63,989 nt of DNA, filler included, from Porpidia crustulata (GCA_964255105.1; 4 parts of 4 records of this genome joined end to end with filler, not necessarily neighbours in it); one strand, 5' to 3'. Shown: positions 11,789-25,001, numbered from the whole stretch's first letter. The notes: generated by a model not told the origin, from the letters alone. Made by a program: numbers and translations.

Positions 11789-13286
11789 GATGGATGGTTA
11801 TGCAATTCAGTAAATTTTATATATAATTGGAATCGGATAGGAGTACGGCCAGGTAAGGGGTAGGAATGGGAAAGGAGTCAGGAATTGATTGGATGGCCAT
11901 GGTGCAAACTTACCACCAGCGTTGAATGAAGGATGTGGATGGACTCTAACATGTGTAAAGTCTGTTTGATGTACCTGAGTGATTGATAGTCGGCAATAGC
12001 AAAACCCTATATACGAGAGCCATGCCCCGAAGGACAAATTCGTAACACCTGCAAAGCATAATGTATCAAGAACAACTTTGTAGACCTTATGATGGAGAAT
12101 GTGACAGATGGATTCTAATGGTGCTAGAGCGCATACAGGCAATTCTGAAAGACTAAAGGGGTTGATCTTGTGGTTCCTAGGGAGTTGATGCGGCAGCCAA
12201 TGAGAGAAGTGGAAATTAGACGAATCTAAACAAGGAAATTGGCACTGTGGCAGCACATGACATTTTGGCTAATTCGGCTAGCGTCAGGTACAATTACAGC
12301 ATGCCGCCGCCGCTGAGTCTTTGACCGACTTTGACGCTTGGAGGCTGCGACTGTCATGACATGACACGATCAGTAAGTAGGTAGTACAAAATCCAACGGT
12401 TCGTTATTGGTGTGATATGAAGCATATTCCAATATCATGATTAGATAGGCTGAAACATATGAATTTGGATTTCCTGTGACCACCCGTGTAAATCAATCAT
12501 CGTACTCCCTACAAGGCTGATGGGTAAAGGGGTTCATTTCTCCTGATCCCGGCAACAATTTTGATTTGCCCGAGATCCACCTTCTCTTTCCACCCTCTAC
12601 TCTAGCTCCACGCTCTCTCTCACTCTCTCTTTCTCTTCGTCTTCTGCCTGCGACCACTACCGTCTTTACTTTCTACATCTTCAGCTTCTGTACTTCTAAT
12701 AAAGGCTTCTGTTTATTCACATTTAATAATTCCGCCTTTGCTGCCGCTGTCTCTACTGCAGACCACCTCATCCTTTGTTGATTCAACACCAGCCTATCCG
12801 GCATTCCAGCGTTTACCACCACGCCGAAAGCAGCATTATCTACCATTACCATACCGCCTCTCCTTCAGCAGCAGCACTAGCTTCGTACTTTAATCTAATA
12901 ATTGAGATCGAAGCAGAGTGGGAACTTGGTACACCGTTGTGACTGCCCTACCCAATATCAATCGTTCTTCGCACGCTTTGTTGGTCTCTATCGGCAAGTC
13001 CTATTAACCGGAAGGTAACGCAATTCATCTTCAACTACTGTAGGCTAGAGCAATTTGTTTGGTCATCAGATACGTGATACTAATTATCGCAGGAACTACT
13101 TTCTTTGAAAATCCGACCTCGAATAAAACAAACTTTCAGTAGGAGCTATTATCTTCACAGAATAATTATACTCTATCCTTTTACATAAGTCCGGAGCTAT
13201 ACAGCCGGACACCTACCTCCGCAACAACGGCTGCTTTAGTATCGACAGTGCAGGACAGTCTTGTCTTGCCTCCTCATCTTCTCGCA

Positions 13287-15854
13287 ATGCAGCAACAGGA
13301 ATCTTCAACGGAAGACTCGATATTGAATTCTGCTGGCCGCTATCCGAACTCTTCGCCATCATCGAATGTTAATAATGGCCACACAGGCTTTTCCCACGGC
13401 GCTTACACCTCGAACCAGCAGAGTGCAGGAGGGTATGCCGATAGGCACCCGCGCCGGGCCAACATGTCAATCAATACCGGTGCATACAACCGATTACCCC
13501 ATCAGAGTAATGACATGAGTACCCCAGGGACAGCATTTGACATGAATTTCACACCGCTTCTACCGTCCCAATTGCTACTCGGCAGCCCATTCCAAACAGG
13601 AGCACCGTCAGCTTTCGCATCTCCTCAATTCTCCAATTTTGGCGGCTTCCAACAACAGAATTCGACGGCACACCAGCAGAATCAACAAGCTCCCATGGGC
13701 AGTCCGATTCAGGCTCAACATACCGGCTTATCCCCTCAGTTGTATCAGAGCATGATTTCGCCGTCGAACTATGGTGTACAGCAATTCATGAGTGGGCCAC
13801 AATCACCAACCGGTTCATTCGGCAACATGGGAAATCAAACGTTCGGTGGAAATACGGCACAGATGCAGATGCAATCGGGGATGGCGAATTTGAGTAGTCG
13901 GACCGTGTATTTAGGGAATATACCGCCTGAAACATCGGCTGAAGAAATTCTTGGACATGTCCGCAGTGGACAGATTGAATCTGTTCGCCTTTTGCCTGAC
14001 AAGAACTGCGCTTTCATTTCTTTCCTTGATGGCAGTTCGGCTACTCACTTTCACTCCGACGCGATATTGAAAAAACTCTCCATTCGTGGTCAGGATATCA
14101 AAGTGGGCTGGGGAAAGCCTGCTGGGGTACCAACCTCTGTGCAACTTGCAGTGCAGCAATCTGGTGCGTCAAGGAATGTATATTTGGGGAACCTGCCGGA
14201 AAACGTCACTGAAGCTGAGCTTCGAGAAGATTTGGGCAAATTTGGGCCTATCGATACCGTCAAGATTGTCCGTGAAAAGGCAATTGGCTTTGTTCATTTC
14301 CTTTCTATTGGTAATGCTATCAAAGCTGTCTCTCAGTTGCCTCAAGAACCCAAGTGGCAAGCACCTCGACGAGTATATTATGGTAAAGATCGCTGTGCCT
14401 ATGTCTCAAAAACCCAGCAACAGAACGCGGCTCAGTATCTGGGCATTGCACCCGGCTATGCGCATGTGCTCAACGGTGCAGACAGAGATCTGATATCGAA
14501 CGCGCTAGCCCAGCAATCAGTTGCCGCAGCAGCTGTCGCAACAACGGCTGGAGGAGTGAGTAATCTTGGTAATCGTACTGTGTACCTGGGCAACATCCAC
14601 CCAGAAACGACAATTGAAGAAATTTGTAACGTCGTCCGTGGTGGCCTTTTGCATCATATACGCTACATCCCTGATAAGCACATCTGCTTTGTCACTTTCA
14701 TCGATCCTACCTCTGCCGCATCATTCTATGCGTTGAGCAACTTGCAGGGACTCATGATCCATAATCGTCGTTTAAAGATTGGTTGGGGCAAACATTCTGG
14801 TGCGCTTCCACCAGCGATCGCTCTGGCTGTTAGTGGTGGTGCTTCTCGCAACGTGTACATAGGGAATCTGGACGAGTCGTGGACCGAAGAGCGTCTTCGT
14901 CAGGACTTTTCGGAGTATGGCGAGATCGAGCTTGTCAACGCTCTTCGAGAAAAGAGTTGTGCTTTTGTCAACTTCACCAACATCGCCAACGCCATCAAGG
15001 CGATCGAGGCAATGAGAGGCAGAGAGGAATATTCACGGTTCAAGATTAATTTCGGCAAGGACCGTTGCGGAAATGCTCCCAGGCAAAACAATCATAATAA
15101 TACGCAATCGCCACAACCTCAGCAACAACAGGCTGGTATGCAAGGCCGAGAGCGTGTTGACTCGCCACAAAATAGCAGTATCCAACAGACATTGAGTCTC
15201 AATAGCTCCGTCAGCCCTACTCGACAGATGCCGCCTTCGGGGCCAGCATCGACTGGTTCTTCTTCATATAACGGCTTACAAGCAAGCCAGCAGATCCATG
15301 CGCCAACTCCGTCTGCGATTCTCAATGCCGGAAGCAATAATCCTCTTACCATGTTCCTCAACCAGGTGTCAGCGCAGCATGTTCAACAACAGCAAGACTC
15401 CCAGCAAGCAGACCCTTATTCCATTGCCACTCTCCAACAGCAGCAGCAACAAGTCTTGGCCAACCAACAAGCAGCTTTGTACGGAACCTCGAGCAACGAA
15501 GTCAACAATCCGATGCTCGAAGCGTCTCAGCAAAGCCACAGGAGCTCCTTCGGTCAAGGCATGAATGGCTTATCTACTGGAGCATCGACCGTTGGTGGAC
15601 TGCTAGCCCCAGCAAACGTACGTGCCCAACACGCTCGTACGGTCAGCTTGCCAGTATTCTCGCAGGAAAATCAAAATAATGGCCAGGCCCAGGGCCAGGG
15701 TCTGAACCACAACCAGCATCAACAGGGCCAATCTCAGCAAACCCATCGTCACCAGCAAAGCAGCTTCTCCGGCATGACTGGCTTTGGTGGTTTTGGTAAT
15801 GTCGCATGGGGCTTGAACGGTTGGGCCGAGGAGGAGATCCCTGGGACTCAGTAG
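13287..15854 (+). CDS. Four-RRM RNA-binding protein, S. pombe Nrd1 / S. cerevisiae Mrn1 family
   Basis: Four RRMs ([42 protein letters not shown] and FGKDRC ends) with Q/N-rich flanks. First in-frame ATG near 13287; probable 5'UTR intron about 13015-13092. Confidence 0.9.
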   Translation: MQQQESSTEDSILNSAGRYPNSSPSSNVNNGHTGFSHGAYTSNQQSAGGYADRHPRRANMSINTGAYNRLPHQSNDMSTPGTAFDMNFTPLLPSQLLLGSPFQTGAPSAFASPQFSNFGGFQQQNSTAHQQNQQAPMGSPIQAQHTGLSPQLYQSMISPSNYGVQQFMSGPQSPTGSFGNMGNQTFGGNTAQMQMQSGMANLSSRTVYLGNIPPETSAEEILGHVRSGQIESVRLLPDKNCAFISFLDGSSATHFHSDAILKKLSIRGQDIKVGWGKPAGVPTSVQLAVQQSGASRNVYLGNLPENVTEAELREDLGKFGPIDTVKIVREKAIGFVHFLSIGNAIKAVSQLPQEPKWQAPRRVYYGKDRCAYVSKTQQQNAAQYLGIAPGYAHVLNGADRDLISNALAQQSVAAAAVATTAGGVSNLGNRTVYLGNIHPETTIEEICNVVRGGLLHHIRYIPDKHICFVTFIDPTSAASFYALSNLQGLMIHNRRLKIGWGKHSGALPPAIALAVSGGASRNVYIGNLDESWTEERLRQDFSEYGEIELVNALREKSCAFVNFTNIANAIKAIEAMRGREEYSRFKINFGKDRCGNAPRQNNHNNTQSPQPQQQQAGMQGRERVDSPQNSSIQQTLSLNSSVSPTRQMPPSGPASTGSSSYNGLQASQQIHAPTPSAILNAGSNNPLTMFLNQVSAQHVQQQQDSQQADPYSIATLQQQQQQVLANQQAALYGTSSNEVNNPMLEASQQSHRSSFGQGMNGLSTGASTVGGLLAPANVRAQHARTVSLPVFSQENQNNGQAQGQGLNHNQHQQGQSQQTHRHQQSSFSGMTGFGGFGNVAWGLNGWAEEEIPGTQ

Positions 15855-16433
15855 TTTTTAATTGTTCGGTAGCTTCATCTCCTCGCGAAGCCTCGCCAAG
15901 CGTCGCTCTATGGTTTTTACTTGTACTCTAATACCCCCTTTTTTTTGTGTCTGGATACTATGGGCTCGTTAGATTGCGTTCTGCTTGTTTGCATCCCACC
16001 CGATTGAGCCGGTTAAATTCCTTGTACCTTGTTTAATTCCTCGTGTTAAACATTTCTTTCAATTATTGTCTTAATCCTAATAAGTTTCAGAATTTGGGAA
16101 CTCGTCTTGTGTTGATTGAAGAGATTGAAGGGATTGTGCGCGGCCCTGATCCTGGTGATTACCGTTGGCTAGGAATAGTGTACATATCACAGACTGGACA
16201 GAATGCGATGGGTAGACTAGGATGGAAAGATTGCAAGACAGCAGACCACTTTGCGCTCCACAAAGGCGGACTCTTGAATGTAATCCTTGACACAATTCCC
16301 TTGATGTTTATTCTTTGTCTCAGTTCTCAGACAGTGTCGAATTCGATTAAATTTCTTCGAGTTAATCGATTCGTTAAGTTTTGTTACGATCAGACCTTCC
16401 CCAACATCCCCAGCAGCCCACCGGATCAAGGTG

Positions 16434-16533
16434 NNNNNNNNNNNNNNNNNNNNNNNNNNNNNNNNNNNNNNNNNNNNTTAATTAATTAANNNNNNNNNNN
16501 NNNNNNNNNNNNNNNNNNNNNNNNNNNNNNNNN
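16434..16533. other. Scaffold gap with artificial TTAATTAATTAA linker (also 32934-33033 and 49340-49439)
   Basis: Identical 12-mer centred in N runs three times; encodes stops in all six frames. Confidence 0.95.
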
Positions 16534-16585
16534 GAACACCACCGTGGACGCGCATTCGAAGCCTCGATAGCTCGATATGCAGAAA

Positions 16586-17209
16586 AGATAACAGCAGCAG
16601 CTCTCTTCGAAGAGAGCGCGCGCGTTCTTTTCACTCTTATATGATTCGTCGTCGTTAATGAGACGGAAATACTCGAGACTCGCGGTAGCTGCGATTCATT
16701 TTCTCGTTCTCTTTTAAAAGAAAGAAAGTAACCGCGGTGCTCTGACTTATGATGTACGGATCCCGCCGCTCATCCCGAGAGCAGGATCCGGACTTGTGAA
16801 TTTGAGGAGCGGGAATGTTGTGGGAGGTATGCGATCGAAGAAACGAGTAGAAGAAACGAGTAGATGACGACGAGGTAGCAGCAGCCCTGTCGACAGAGCG
16901 CGCGTCCTCTTCGCTCTCGTTCGTGTCACTACGATAGATGTAAGTTTCAGGCCCACGAGACCATCTTTTTTTTCTCTCTTACCCTTGGCCTAGTCACACC
17001 TCCCATCCCGCCGCTCATCACGAGGGCAGGATCAGATAGTGCGACGACATCTCAGCGCGAATATTGTAATGAATGCGCGATCGAGATCTTAAAGATTAAA
17101 AACGAATAGATAACGACGAGGTAGCAGCAGCACTCTTCACAGAGCGCGCGCGTCTTCATTTCTTGTTCCGTTGTTGAGAATATCTCAAGGCCCGCGGTAG
17201 CAGCGATCC
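16586..17209. repeat. Degenerate direct repeat, about 245-bp period, 2-3 copies, next to a scaffold gap
   Basis: TCCCGCCGCTCATCnCGAGrGCAGGATC at 16761 and 17006; TAGATrACGACGAGGTAGCAGCAGC at 16861 and 17107, partial copy at 16586; CGCGGTAGCwGCGAT block near 16681 and 17193. Confidence 0.75.
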
Positions 17210-17531
17210 GTAGCGCGTTTTGCGTCCTGTGTGTATCTCGAACCGTCTGACACTAAATGCGAAAATTCATCCGGCCTTCCGTCCGAAGACTGTTGCGACG
17301 AAAACGAACGCGCTCGCCGAGAAAGAAGGAGAGGAAGCTGAAGGACACGCCACAAACAAATTTACATACAAAGATGACATCACGGGTTTCACGTGGCACG
17401 CGGGAATCTCAAAAGGAAAAAATCCGAAGATATGGAGCACAATGATATTCGTGATTTTACTGCTTTTTGTTTTGGCCTCCCCCAAAACAGTCCAAGGTTT
17501 GCATGTCAAAATCTTTAGAAACACGTGACGG

Positions 17532-19772
17532 CTAATACTTCTCAACTTCCCCGTGCGAGCTCGTTCGGGCATGATTGCCATTGATCTGGCCTGGATCCCT
17601 CTCCCCCGCAAACCCCAACTTCTGGTCCTGCCATTCACCCTCGTCATCATCCACACGTGGTGCGTGTCTCGCCGCCAGTCCCTCGGTCGGGAACGTCGCA
17701 AAGGGATTTGCGCGCGGGTTTTGCGGCGGCTCGTATGCAGGCGCTGCGTCTGCTGGCTCTGGGGCGTGACGAGGTTCGGACCGGCGAAAGGTGTTCATGG
17801 GCATAGCTCCGATGGGCAGCACGGCGCCGCCTTCGCCTCGTAGCTTACCGCGCTTGAAGCCGAGGAAGAGGGCACGGGTGAGGCCCATGACCAGGACGAC
17901 GACCCAGAGGCAGACGATGACGGTGGCGATGATGGCTTCGGTTCTGATGGCGTCGGCTAGATGCTTGACGACCTTAGTCACAGCGCGGGTGATCTTGTCG
18001 GTGGCGTCTTGGGTCGGATTGGCGAGGAAGGCTTGGTTCTTATCTCCGAGGACATTGGCGGCGTGGCTGAGGGTGAAGGTGTTGTTGGCCAACAGCGGGA
18101 AATCAATGTGAGCGTGATCAGAGACCCATGTGAGGCCCTTTTCAATGCCGGCGATTTTGAGACCAATAAGACAGTCGAAGACGCCTTTGATGGGGTCGTA
18201 AAGGATGGTGCCACCAAATACGTCTTGAAGAACTTTGGTGGTCTCGTCGACAAAGACGTTTAGAGTGTGATTGAGGGCGCCGGTGGTGGTGTTGACCCAG
18301 CCGAAGACGTCATGATTGATATCCGTGTTCGTCTTGGTGATAAGGTCATTGGTGCCGTGGGCCCAGCTGGCGGAGGCGTTGTCGATGGTGCTGACAACTT
18401 TGCTGGCAAACTCTCCAACGTCATGAGCGAGGACGGGGATTTCTTTTTGGACAGCGCGGAGAAGCAAGTACTGACACAGGCAGGCGAGCAGTCCGGTGAT
18501 GCCGAGTGAAAGTACGACGAGGGCGGGTTCGGAGGTGCAGTAGGCAATGACCCATCGAGTTAGAATTTGTCTTCTGCTGCCTTTGAACGCTTTTTCGGAC
18601 ACGGCGATGCCTGCGCCAGCGGTGTATGGCCGGGAAGCAATGTACACAACATCAATGGGGTCCCGGGATTCGTCACTGACAAGTCTGGCTCGCTTCTGCA
18701 GTGTACGCCAGCGTCGAATTTCGCGATACGTCATAGGAACACACATGAGCATGGCAGTGATGATCAGCACGACGATGAATGCTTTGCGAGCCGTGTTGGC
18801 GAGGTGTCCAAGACCATCGAAGAAGTCGGTGATGCCGTTGTTGTCGGTACAAAAGGTCAGCTGTTCCTTTTTCGGCACGGGGAAGAGAGATCGGTTCATC
18901 GTAAAGACGTGCATCGATTCATTGATGAGTTTCTTAACTTCTTCAAACGGTAGGCGAAGGGCATTGTTGGTGAAATTATTGACTTCGGCAAAGTTCGGAA
19001 TCGAAGCGTTGAGTTTAGCCACACCTTCATCGAGGTTTCCCGGAAGCTGTAGGGTGTTGAGTTTATCCAAAGAAGCACCGACGTCCAGTTTTGGAATGGC
19101 GCCCTTTTTGTCTCCGAATATCTGAGGGATGCTGTTCAACGCACCAGTGAATTTGTTCAGATCATTAGTGAACCCATCGATGCCTGCGTGAAGGTCTTTC
19201 CCGATATCTCCGAGTGTCTTGTTGAGGAAGTTTCCAACATCGTCTGCGACCTTCAATGCCACGTGCAAACTCCCGCTGACAGCGAGAGTGATGAGGCAGA
19301 CATAGGTCGAGGTCAGCATGTTGATGTAGAAAACCACAAGCTCTTCGACGCCGGTGATAGTTAGGAAAAGCATTGACATGAGGCCGTTGATGGCCTTTTC
19401 AACCCCGGACGCGGCGAGTTCGTTCACACCGCCGGCCATGTAGTGAGGCATTGAAGCCATGGTGCTGCCCATATCTTCGACGCTGGTGCATGCTGCCATA
19501 GCTTCGTTTTTGGCCGAAGCGAGGTCGTTGTTCAGGCCGGCAATAGCGATTAGAACTCTGACGAGAACTAGCAATATCAGAATAGTCCATCGGTTGATCC
19601 ATACTTGCGAGAGTCGGGAACGGAGTCCGAGGTACGGTGTAATGTCCGGGTCTGTATGCGGTATTCGTGGAATCTCATCGTCTTCGGCGGCGTAGTGATC
19701 TCGCGTCCCATGATCGCCAGCAGAGAGAGATGGAGGCACTGCCGGGAAGGTCGCAGGCAGTTGGAAGGGCAT
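17532..19772 (-). CDS. PRM1: Plasma membrane fusion protein Prm1
   Basis: 746-aa single ORF; TPYLGLRSRLSQVWINRWTILILLVL, CTSVEDMGSTMASMPHYMA, CLIGLKIAGIEKGLTWV; multiple TM segments and N-glycosylation sites. Confidence 0.93.
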   Translation of the reverse strand: MPFQLPATFPAVPPSLSAGDHGTRDHYAAEDDEIPRIPHTDPDITPYLGLRSRLSQVWINRWTILILLVLVRVLIAIAGLNNDLASAKNEAMAACTSVEDMGSTMASMPHYMAGGVNELAASGVEKAINGLMSMLFLTITGVEELVVFYINMLTSTYVCLITLAVSGSLHVALKVADDVGNFLNKTLGDIGKDLHAGIDGFTNDLNKFTGALNSIPQIFGDKKGAIPKLDVGASLDKLNTLQLPGNLDEGVAKLNASIPNFAEVNNFTNNALRLPFEEVKKLINESMHVFTMNRSLFPVPKKEQLTFCTDNNGITDFFDGLGHLANTARKAFIVVLIITAMLMCVPMTYREIRRWRTLQKRARLVSDESRDPIDVVYIASRPYTAGAGIAVSEKAFKGSRRQILTRWVIAYCTSEPALVVLSLGITGLLACLCQYLLLRAVQKEIPVLAHDVGEFASKVVSTIDNASASWAHGTNDLITKTNTDINHDVFGWVNTTTGALNHTLNVFVDETTKVLQDVFGGTILYDPIKGVFDCLIGLKIAGIEKGLTWVSDHAHIDFPLLANNTFTLSHAANVLGDKNQAFLANPTQDATDKITRAVTKVVKHLADAIRTEAIIATVIVCLWVVVLVMGLTRALFLGFKRGKLRGEGGAVLPIGAMPMNTFRRSEPRHAPEPADAAPAYEPPQNPRANPFATFPTEGLAARHAPRVDDDEGEWQDQKLGFAGERDPGQINGNHARTSSHGEVEKY

Positions 19773-19927
19773 TTCGTAGGTGATGTCCGGTCAAGATCTG
19801 GGTGGTTCAAGGAGTGGTCTGATTAGTTGGAATCCGTCCGGCGGATGAAATAAGATAGTCAAGAGCTATGTGCAAGACGAAGGAAAACAAGAGCGTGGCC
19901 ACCGGTCTATGGAGCAGAACAGCAAGG

Positions 19928-20046
19928 ACAAAGGAGAGTGGTCAGTCATACAAAGTGCATGGAAGAACAGTGGAAGTGCATGGAGGAGGACAAAGAAAGA
20001 ATGATATCAACAATGGACGCGGACAATAGGCGAGGGACAAAGAAAA
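19928..20046 (-). promoter_or_regulatory. Cluster of HMG-box-type binding motifs upstream of PRM1
   Basis: ACAAAG at 19928, 19950, 19990, 20037 and ACAAT near 20010 and 20023, all in the same orientation, 155-270 bp upstream of the ATG; two read TTTCTTTGTCC on the minus strand. Confidence 0.55.
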
Positions 20047-21531
20047 GTTGAGTCAAGAATAGCAACGTTGTTATTGAAACTCACGAGTGAATAGTGGTGG
20101 GTCCATCGCCAGTTGACCAGCCAGTGTGAATATGACCATGACTTTCGAAACTGAGGCTCTTGTTGAGTGAAGTCGTTTCAGTATGGCTGGTGAGTCGATT
20201 TCTTCAGATACTGATTGATGCCGCGTTCTGATTGGGTCGAGCCGGTGCCTCGTAGGCGCGCTCTCACAACCAGCCGTGCCAGCCAAATCGGCCCACGACC
20301 ACTCACTCGAATTTCTCCTTGTTTCGCATGCTGAGTATGACTTGTACACTACCAGTGCAGACAGTCCATCGAGGATTTGATGATTTGATGGAATGCCTTT
20401 CACCTGCTATTTCGTGACTATGCTTGACTTGCGAGTCTTGCGTCGAACGTACGCGCATCGCCAAGAACTCCAAGCTCACGATCCTTTTGCTCTTGGCGTG
20501 GATTCACTATATTGCGCGATTTTGATAATCGATGGCATCACCTCGCAAGGGAACACCCCGGAGTCTATCGACGAGGTGCCCGTCTTACGAAGAGGCGAGT
20601 ATTACGCAGTATATAGGTATTTCTGATGCAGAGATGACAATCTAGCCGGAATCATTTGGGCTGCCAAGCCATAATCTGATTGGCCCGCACGAAGATCAAA
20701 GTGCAAAAAGCCTGTTTTGGTGTTTAGGTATTTCTTGCTTTGATCGATCTTACGACTTCGGTACAGTGCAATAGTACTACTTTGCGACCAAGTGGTCTTT
20801 TTGCCATCGTCGCAGTGACCTAGGTACATCCAGCAAGTCTTTAACAGCTAGCTACCCGAGTTCTTTGTTCACGTTCGACCTACTTACGTAATTGCCTCTT
20901 TGTCCACCTCGTCGGGCTTACATTGCTCCTTAGAAAACGAACGAAAAATCAGTAACAAGGCCTAGAAAGCGGTTGCAAGGATGTGGGGAAATCCAGCGCC
21001 AGCCAATCAGCGCCAGCCGGCCACTGCCGCCGAAACATTTCCCCAAACTGCCAGTGATCACAAGATCTCAAATTCGAAACCGTAAAAAAGTCAGTCTCGT
21101 ACAGCCGCAGGTAACGGTGGCAGCATACCACGATGCAGCAGAACGCCGTGGTACGGTACCTGAGAGACACGGTTTCGCTACATCACATCAGCATGAGATT
21201 AGATTGGTCGCACAGCGACAACCAAATTACACTTCTTGGATTATAAAAGTCTTCTTATTAGAGCTACAAGTGAATAGAAACAACCGCCTGTCTCAATCGT
21301 TGCTCTAAAAGGAAGTAAAAAAGTCCCAATAAAATGCTGACTTGATGAAATACTCGATTCGTGGTATCACAAATATGTAAAGACAAGACATATGAAAGGC
21401 GCCCGCCCCGGGAACCCCCCATGCCTGCACCGTAGCAATGCCGCCACCCAAAACGAATGTATCAATCAGCTGTCAATAAACGACACAGGAACCGTCTCCA
21501 AGTCAATTTCCCTCGACTGCGGCATTGATCA

Positions 21532-23724
21532 TCACCGATACGTCGGTCCACCATACGGCTGTTGGGTGTAGTCGTAACCATTGCCCGCGCCCCTTCCGGT
21601 GGTGGCCCGATAGAAATCTTCATCCGTGCCCATGAACGAAGCACGCGGAGGAGGTTCGTATCGCGACCTGGTGCCCGGGCTTTCGCCGTAGCTGCGCGCC
21701 TCCTCGTCGGCCTGTCGTCGTGCTCGGTCGCGCACGTACCTGCGGCCGTCATCGTCGTATGCATCCGGTGCAGGTGACGCTTGGTATGGAGGTGGGTAGT
21801 TGCGGATGTCGCCGTCCGACCGGCGGAAATCGTTGCCGCCTCCGCTGAACGACGGGCTCCGGTGGCGCCGGACGTTGCTGGGTGCTCGGTAGTGCTGGTG
21901 TATTTCGGGTTTGGGGAATTCTGCAGGTCTAGGGGCACTCGCCCCCATCGGTATTGGACGAGCTCTTGCTGTAGAATCCGATCGACCAGGTTTGACAGCG
22001 GTGGAATCGGAGCGTGGCTTCCCTGCCTCCCTGGCTCGGATTTCGTCTTCATAGGTCTTTCCACCCCCTGGCTGTGCAGAGTATGGCTTCCGTTCCCTCT
22101 CAATCGGTTGAGGCACCGGGATTGGGTTAGTATCATCAATTGCCGACTCGGATGGAATATTCGAGTACGGTTTTCTCTCTCGTTCAAGATGAGACGGAAT
22201 GGGCGGCGGTGGACCAGGAAGGTTTGGATTTGTATCGTCAGTGATAGGCTCCTGTGGAACATTCGAATAGGGTTTTCTCTCGCGTTCTAGACCCGACGAT
22301 ATGTACGAAGATGTTCCTGTTTCGAGAGTGACACTCGGCTCCCGTTTATGGGTCGGTGGCACATATTGAGGCTGAGGCTGGGATTGAGATTCGCTGACAC
22401 TCTGTCGATGAACCGGTGAACCTTGGTCTGACCGATGCGGCAGGTCAATCTGGGCATGCTCAGAAATCGCCCTTTCCATTTTCTCGCGTATTCGGCCATC
22501 CTCGCAACCTGGGAACAATCTTCGTGAAATCTCTTTTGGGAATCGCTCTTTCTTGTCATCAGGATTACTGATCGGCATAGCCAGTACTGCCTTTTGAAGT
22601 CTCTCGTACTCGTGCTCGGGATGAGCTTGGATCAGTAATGTGACCCATCGTTCAAAGCCCACAGGCGTCAAGCCCGGTATATCTGGTCTTTGGTCAAAAT
22701 GTTCTTGGACAAGGTGATGTTGACATTCGAGCTCTCGGTACATGCGAGATATTGATGAGCGCTCATCATCGAAGATAGCTAGCGTGAACATCAGTATTTA
22801 CGTTTTAGACCTCGCCTGATTGGAACCTACTTGACCAAGGATAGATTTCATGTGGAAGTTTGACAGCATCGTAGTACTGAACCATTTTTGTAGGCGTAAT
22901 GACGATACTATGGTGAGGCTCATAGTCTTCGATCTGCGATTGGCACAGTCAACAATCGCCGGCCGAGATTAGACCTGTCGTGAAAGAAACATTGTACATA
23001 CAATATGTACCGCTAAACCTCGCAAGAATTGCCCAAGCCTCGCAGTTGGGTGACAATCTTCATCAAAGAGCTGTCCCCAAATCTTCTCGAGTGTTGTTTC
23101 TTCCTTTCCTGTCGAGAGCCTCACTGGACCCTTTGGTCTGGTGTAGCTTGTCTCGCTAGTTTGACTCAAGGGTGACGAAGCTCTCCTCTCGCCAAAATGT
23201 GCGACAGGGGTTTCACGAGGGCTTAAAGGTGGCGGGTAAACCGAGGATGGTGGTGGAGGAGAGCTATGACCCGTGTAGTCCGAGTGCTTTTGTGGTGAAG
23301 GAGGTGTATAGACCTTTCGATTTGCCATTGGCGGCGAGGACCCAGAACCGGTTGAGGGCGATAGAGGAACAGGTTGGTGAACTAGAGGTGGAGCATAGTT
23401 GCTTTGTCCTTGTGGAACAGGAGTTGTTCCAGTCTCACCAATTCCAGTCGTCTTAAGCTGCTTGATGACGTTTTCTGTAATCTGTGCGATCAAGTCGGGA
23501 GGGACATAGGTCGACGGATCGGCTGTGTTGAATGCTGAAGTGACAGCCTCGTCAATTGGTTGCTGACTGCGTGAGTAGCGAGCTTGATCAACGACGTTCC
23601 GATCAGCATGCGAAGTAGACGAGCCCCGAGGTCTGGGTCTTTGCGCATCTAGGTGTTCGTGGCTAATAGAGTATTGTGTTCGAGGATCAGATGTATAGTC
23701 ATAATTGGGAGATTCGTAAGCCAT
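21532..23724 (-). CDS. Conserved proline-rich fungal protein (DUF7514-like central domain), 3 exons
   Basis: ETTLEKIWGQLFD...RLGQFLRGLAVHI / IEDYEP..IVITP..YPW / IFDDERSSISRMYRELECQHHLVQ...PGLTPVGFERW; three internal LERERKPYS-like repeats. Confidence 0.8.
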
Positions 23725-25001
23725 CGTTGGTCGCGAGGCACGATGGCCTTGGACTTGAGTCGAGGTAATGTTATTCGGCCAAGCTCTGGTCCTTGTGGCC
23801 CGTGACGAAGCTGGGCTAGTTGATCAACTTGCGTGCAGTAGTGGATGGCTCGATGTCATGCAAAGGTCGACATGACGGAGACTTCTCTGGCCAGTGCGAG
23901 ATGCAAAGCAATGAGTTTGTACGAGGCTTTTGGCTCTTTGAAGTGTGCTCTATACTAAGCTGAAAAGGTAGCGTCTTTCGAGTTTCGGAAGGTGGCTGAG
24001 TATCAGATTCCAACACTTGGGGGGGCTTCTTGCCAGATAGGACTTCTGCGACGGGGTATGACGCTATGTTCGCAGATCAGGCAAAGGGACAAAATAAGTG
24101 GTAGCTTCAAGTCGAGTGAGAGTTATCCTTTCCGACTTTCGCATGGAAGTAGAGCATGTCGAAAGATTCTCTCTCGTTCAAGATTAGAATGCGTAAGTAG
24201 GTTTTTAAAGCTAATTCTACGGTTTTGACATAGCTGATGGATTCAGTGTCAATTGAGCTGGTAGTGAACTGCCACTGATTTCGACCCATGGGACCATCCA
24301 CTCCATCCCATCCCGACATTAAGCGACGCGTTTCAACCATCAATTGACATTTCTTACCAAAACAGGGCGTCCTGCAAACAGCCTTGGAGGACACAACGTC
24401 TGAATCCAATCACTACTTCGTGCAAGCGTCCTTCACTGTCAATCATGTCCATTTCATCTTCCTTCATGTCGGCTGACAAATTATACAAGAATAGATGGCC
24501 GATCGGTTCATTGGCCGGCATCCACTCGCCCGTTCTGTTACAATTGATGCTGACTTCTCTAGATCCGATGAAGCGAGTCTCTGACAACTGAACAGCTCCT
24601 TCGAGCGCATGGAAAGTCTGAAACGACTTTTGTATTCTTAGAATGACAATTGCGTATTCCCCTCTCTTTGAGTAAATCGTGTATGTCTCGCATGTGCCTA
24701 GTTCATCGAAATATTGAAAGTGCTGCTGCAGGTTATTTCTACTTTATTGAAAGTTCTATGCAAAGGGGATCACGAATCTCTATGACCATGCGGCTAAATC
24801 AAAGAATTCTCTATTTTCGCTATTTCACTAAGTCTCAAAGCTCAACTTTGAAGGAAGATATCCTAGGTGAACTACCATTCACCTTGCACCTCTCCTCTAC
24901 ATTCTTCAGCTACCTTAACGGACAATTGCTATTGAGAGAACCTAGGCCCCAGCTCTACAGCTCACCTGTACGGGTCTCAATTCTCCGAGACAGATGAAAA
25001 T

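Noticed and set aside
16478..16489. Palindromic TTAATTAATTAA repeated three times in the window
   Set aside because: Always centred in N runs; an assembly linker, not biology.
24107..24620. Protein-like short minus-strand ORFs (also 44330-45050 and 51600-52330)
   Set aside because: No coherent spliced model or recognisable family could be built.
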